Assembly: GCF_009834535.1 (NCBI RefSeq)
Contig: NC_045707.1
Span: 64,482,001-64,546,000 of the forward strand
Length of the DNA stretch: 64,000 nucleotides
From: Camelus ferus
Lineage: Eukaryota
Direction: 5' to 3'
The notes under the pieces are model-generated. The model was not told the DNA's origin, did no database searches, and worked only from the letters and a program-made list of their open reading frames with translations. The position numbers were made by a program, and so were the translations under genes. Below, one piece after another: positions 62,661-64,000 of the stretch. Positions within the stretch are counted from its first letter, which is position 1. Every line of letters starts with the position of its first letter.

Positions 62661-63930
62661 AAGAGATTTATTATAAGGAATTGGCTCATGTGATTTTGGA
62701 AGCTGGCAAGTCCCAAGATCTGCAGGGTGAGCTGGCAGGCTGGAGACTCAGAAGAGCCAGTGACGTAGTTCCAGTATGTAGGCCAGCAGATTTGCAACCC
62801 AGGGAGTTAATGTTTCAGTTCAAGTCTAAAGGCAGGGAAAAATTGATGTCCTAGTTCAAAGGCTATCAGGCAAGAAGAATTCTCTCTTATGTAGGGGAAG
62901 GTCAGCCTTTTTGTGCTATTCAGGCCTTCAACTGATTAGACAAGGCCCAGTTACATTATGGAGGGAAAGAGGACAATCTGCTTTACTCAGTCAACTGATT
63001 TATTTGTTAGCCTCACCCTAAAACACCCAGAATGGCAACTGATCAAATATACCTGGGCCACAAGTTGACACATAAAGTTAACCATCACAGATACTGTCAA
63101 GAAAGTGAAAAGACCATGCACAAAATGAGAGAAAGTGTTTGTGAATCATCTATCTGATAAGGGTCTAGTATGCAGAATATATAACTTTCTGACTCAAAAA
63201 ATAAAAAGACAAATAATACATTTTAAAAATGGGCAACAAGTTTGAATAGACACTTCTCCATAGAAGATACACAAATCACCAGTAAGTACATGATGTTCAA
63301 CATCATTAGTCATTAAGGAAATGCAATTGAAAACAAATGAGACCACTTCAAACCCACTAAGATGGCTTTAATCAAAGCTATAGATAGTCACAATTATTGG
63401 CAAGGATGTGGAGAAATTAGAGCCCTCATAGATTGCTGGTAGAAGTGTCAAATGGTACAGCCACTTTGGAAAAACATTTGGCAGTGTCTCAGAAAGTTAA
63501 ACCTAGAGTTACCGTATGACCAATGTCACTCCTACATGTATAGCCAGGAGAGATGAAAACACATGTCCACACACACCAAAAAAAACTTGTACACGAGTGT
63601 TCCTAGCAGAATTGTTCACAATAGCCCAAAGTGGAAACAAATCCAAATATCCATCAACTGATAAATGAATAAATAATAAATGTGATATAGTCATACAATA
63701 GACTACACGATGCCATAAAAAGGAATGAAGTATTGATAGCTACTATAACATGGATGAATCTTGAAAGACACAAAAAGCTATATGTTGTATGATTTCATTT
63801 ATATGAGATGTCCAAGATAGGCAAATTCATAGACAGAGTAGATTAGTGGTTTCCAGTGACTGGGGAGGAGGAGTGAGGAGTGACTACTGGTGGGTAAGAA
63901 GTTTCTTTGGAGGGGTGAGTGAAATGTTAT
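62375..63930 (+). mobile_element. L1MB/L1MC-type ORF2 3' part and 3' UTR, interrupted by an MLT2 LTR
   Basis: acctaaacataagagctaaaactgtaaaactcctggaagaaaa...catctatctgataagggtctagta...attgctggtagaagtgtcaaatggtacagccactttggaaaa...ggcaaattcatagacagag. Frame disrupted. Confidence 0.9.
62566..63089 (-). mobile_element. MLT2 (ERVL) solo LTR containing a (TACA)n microsatellite
   Basis: Starts tgtacaagtcagggttctccagagaaaca and ends aagttgacacataaagttaaccatcaca, the reverse complement of the MLT2 start TGTGATGGTTAA. (TACA)n at about 62616-62659. L1 sequence resumes on both sides. Confidence 0.9.
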
Positions 63931-63931
63931 A

Positions 63932-64000
63932 TGGTTGACCCCTGAACAGCACAGGTTTGAACTGCCCAGATCCACTTATACATGGATTTTTTTTCAGTAA
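63932..64000 (+). mobile_element. Tigger2/MER8-family element end (truncated by window end)
   Basis: gttgacccctgaacagcacaggtttgaactgcccagatccacttatacatggattttttt, the same TIR family as 7950-8179. Confidence 0.8.

Noticed and set aside
37200..64000. Further PTPRR exons (rest of KIM, catalytic domain)
   Set aside because: No RGSNVSLTLDM, KNRY, WPD or HCSAG coding sequence was seen in the ORF track or by eye. The next exon is presumably beyond the window.
1..64000. Novel multi-gene system (operon, defence island, viral insert)
   Set aside because: No long ORFs, no gene cluster and no gag/pol/env remnants recognised. The content is explained by one spliced host gene plus interspersed repeats.

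Overview
Mammalian genomic DNA, most likely camelid (alpaca/llama/camel). The evidence is two tRNA-derived SINEs of the Vic-1 type, artiodactyl-type L1 3' ends, and no Bov-A/Bov-tA, PRE-1, Alu or B1 recognised. The whole window lies inside PTPRR (receptor-type tyrosine phosphatase R; PTPBR7/PTP-SL/PTPPBS) on the + strand. Four coding exons are present: 15788-15901, 18586-18741, 25635-25745 and 36937-37199. They match human exons 3-6 as recalled: ectodomain, transmembrane helix, juxtamembrane region and the first half of the MAPK-docking KIM motif. The signal-peptide exons and the catalytic domain lie outside the window. The rest is intron filled with L1, L2, MIR, MLT LTRs, MER/Tigger DNA transposons and simple repeats. 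Nearly all ORFs in the supplied track are spurious. There is no evidence of a prokaryote-style system (CRISPR, operon or defence locus). The most unusual feature is a pair of ~300-bp polyadenylated retroposon-like copies (10968-11261 and 19485-19814) that I cannot assign to a family. They have unrelated flanks, share the same 5' end and bracket exons 3-4. Also notable are a candidate internal promoter/short-isoform region just upstream of the TM exon, a strong CTCF motif at 47556, and a CpG-rich element near 60200-60370. Repeat family names come from visual recognition and boundaries are approximate.
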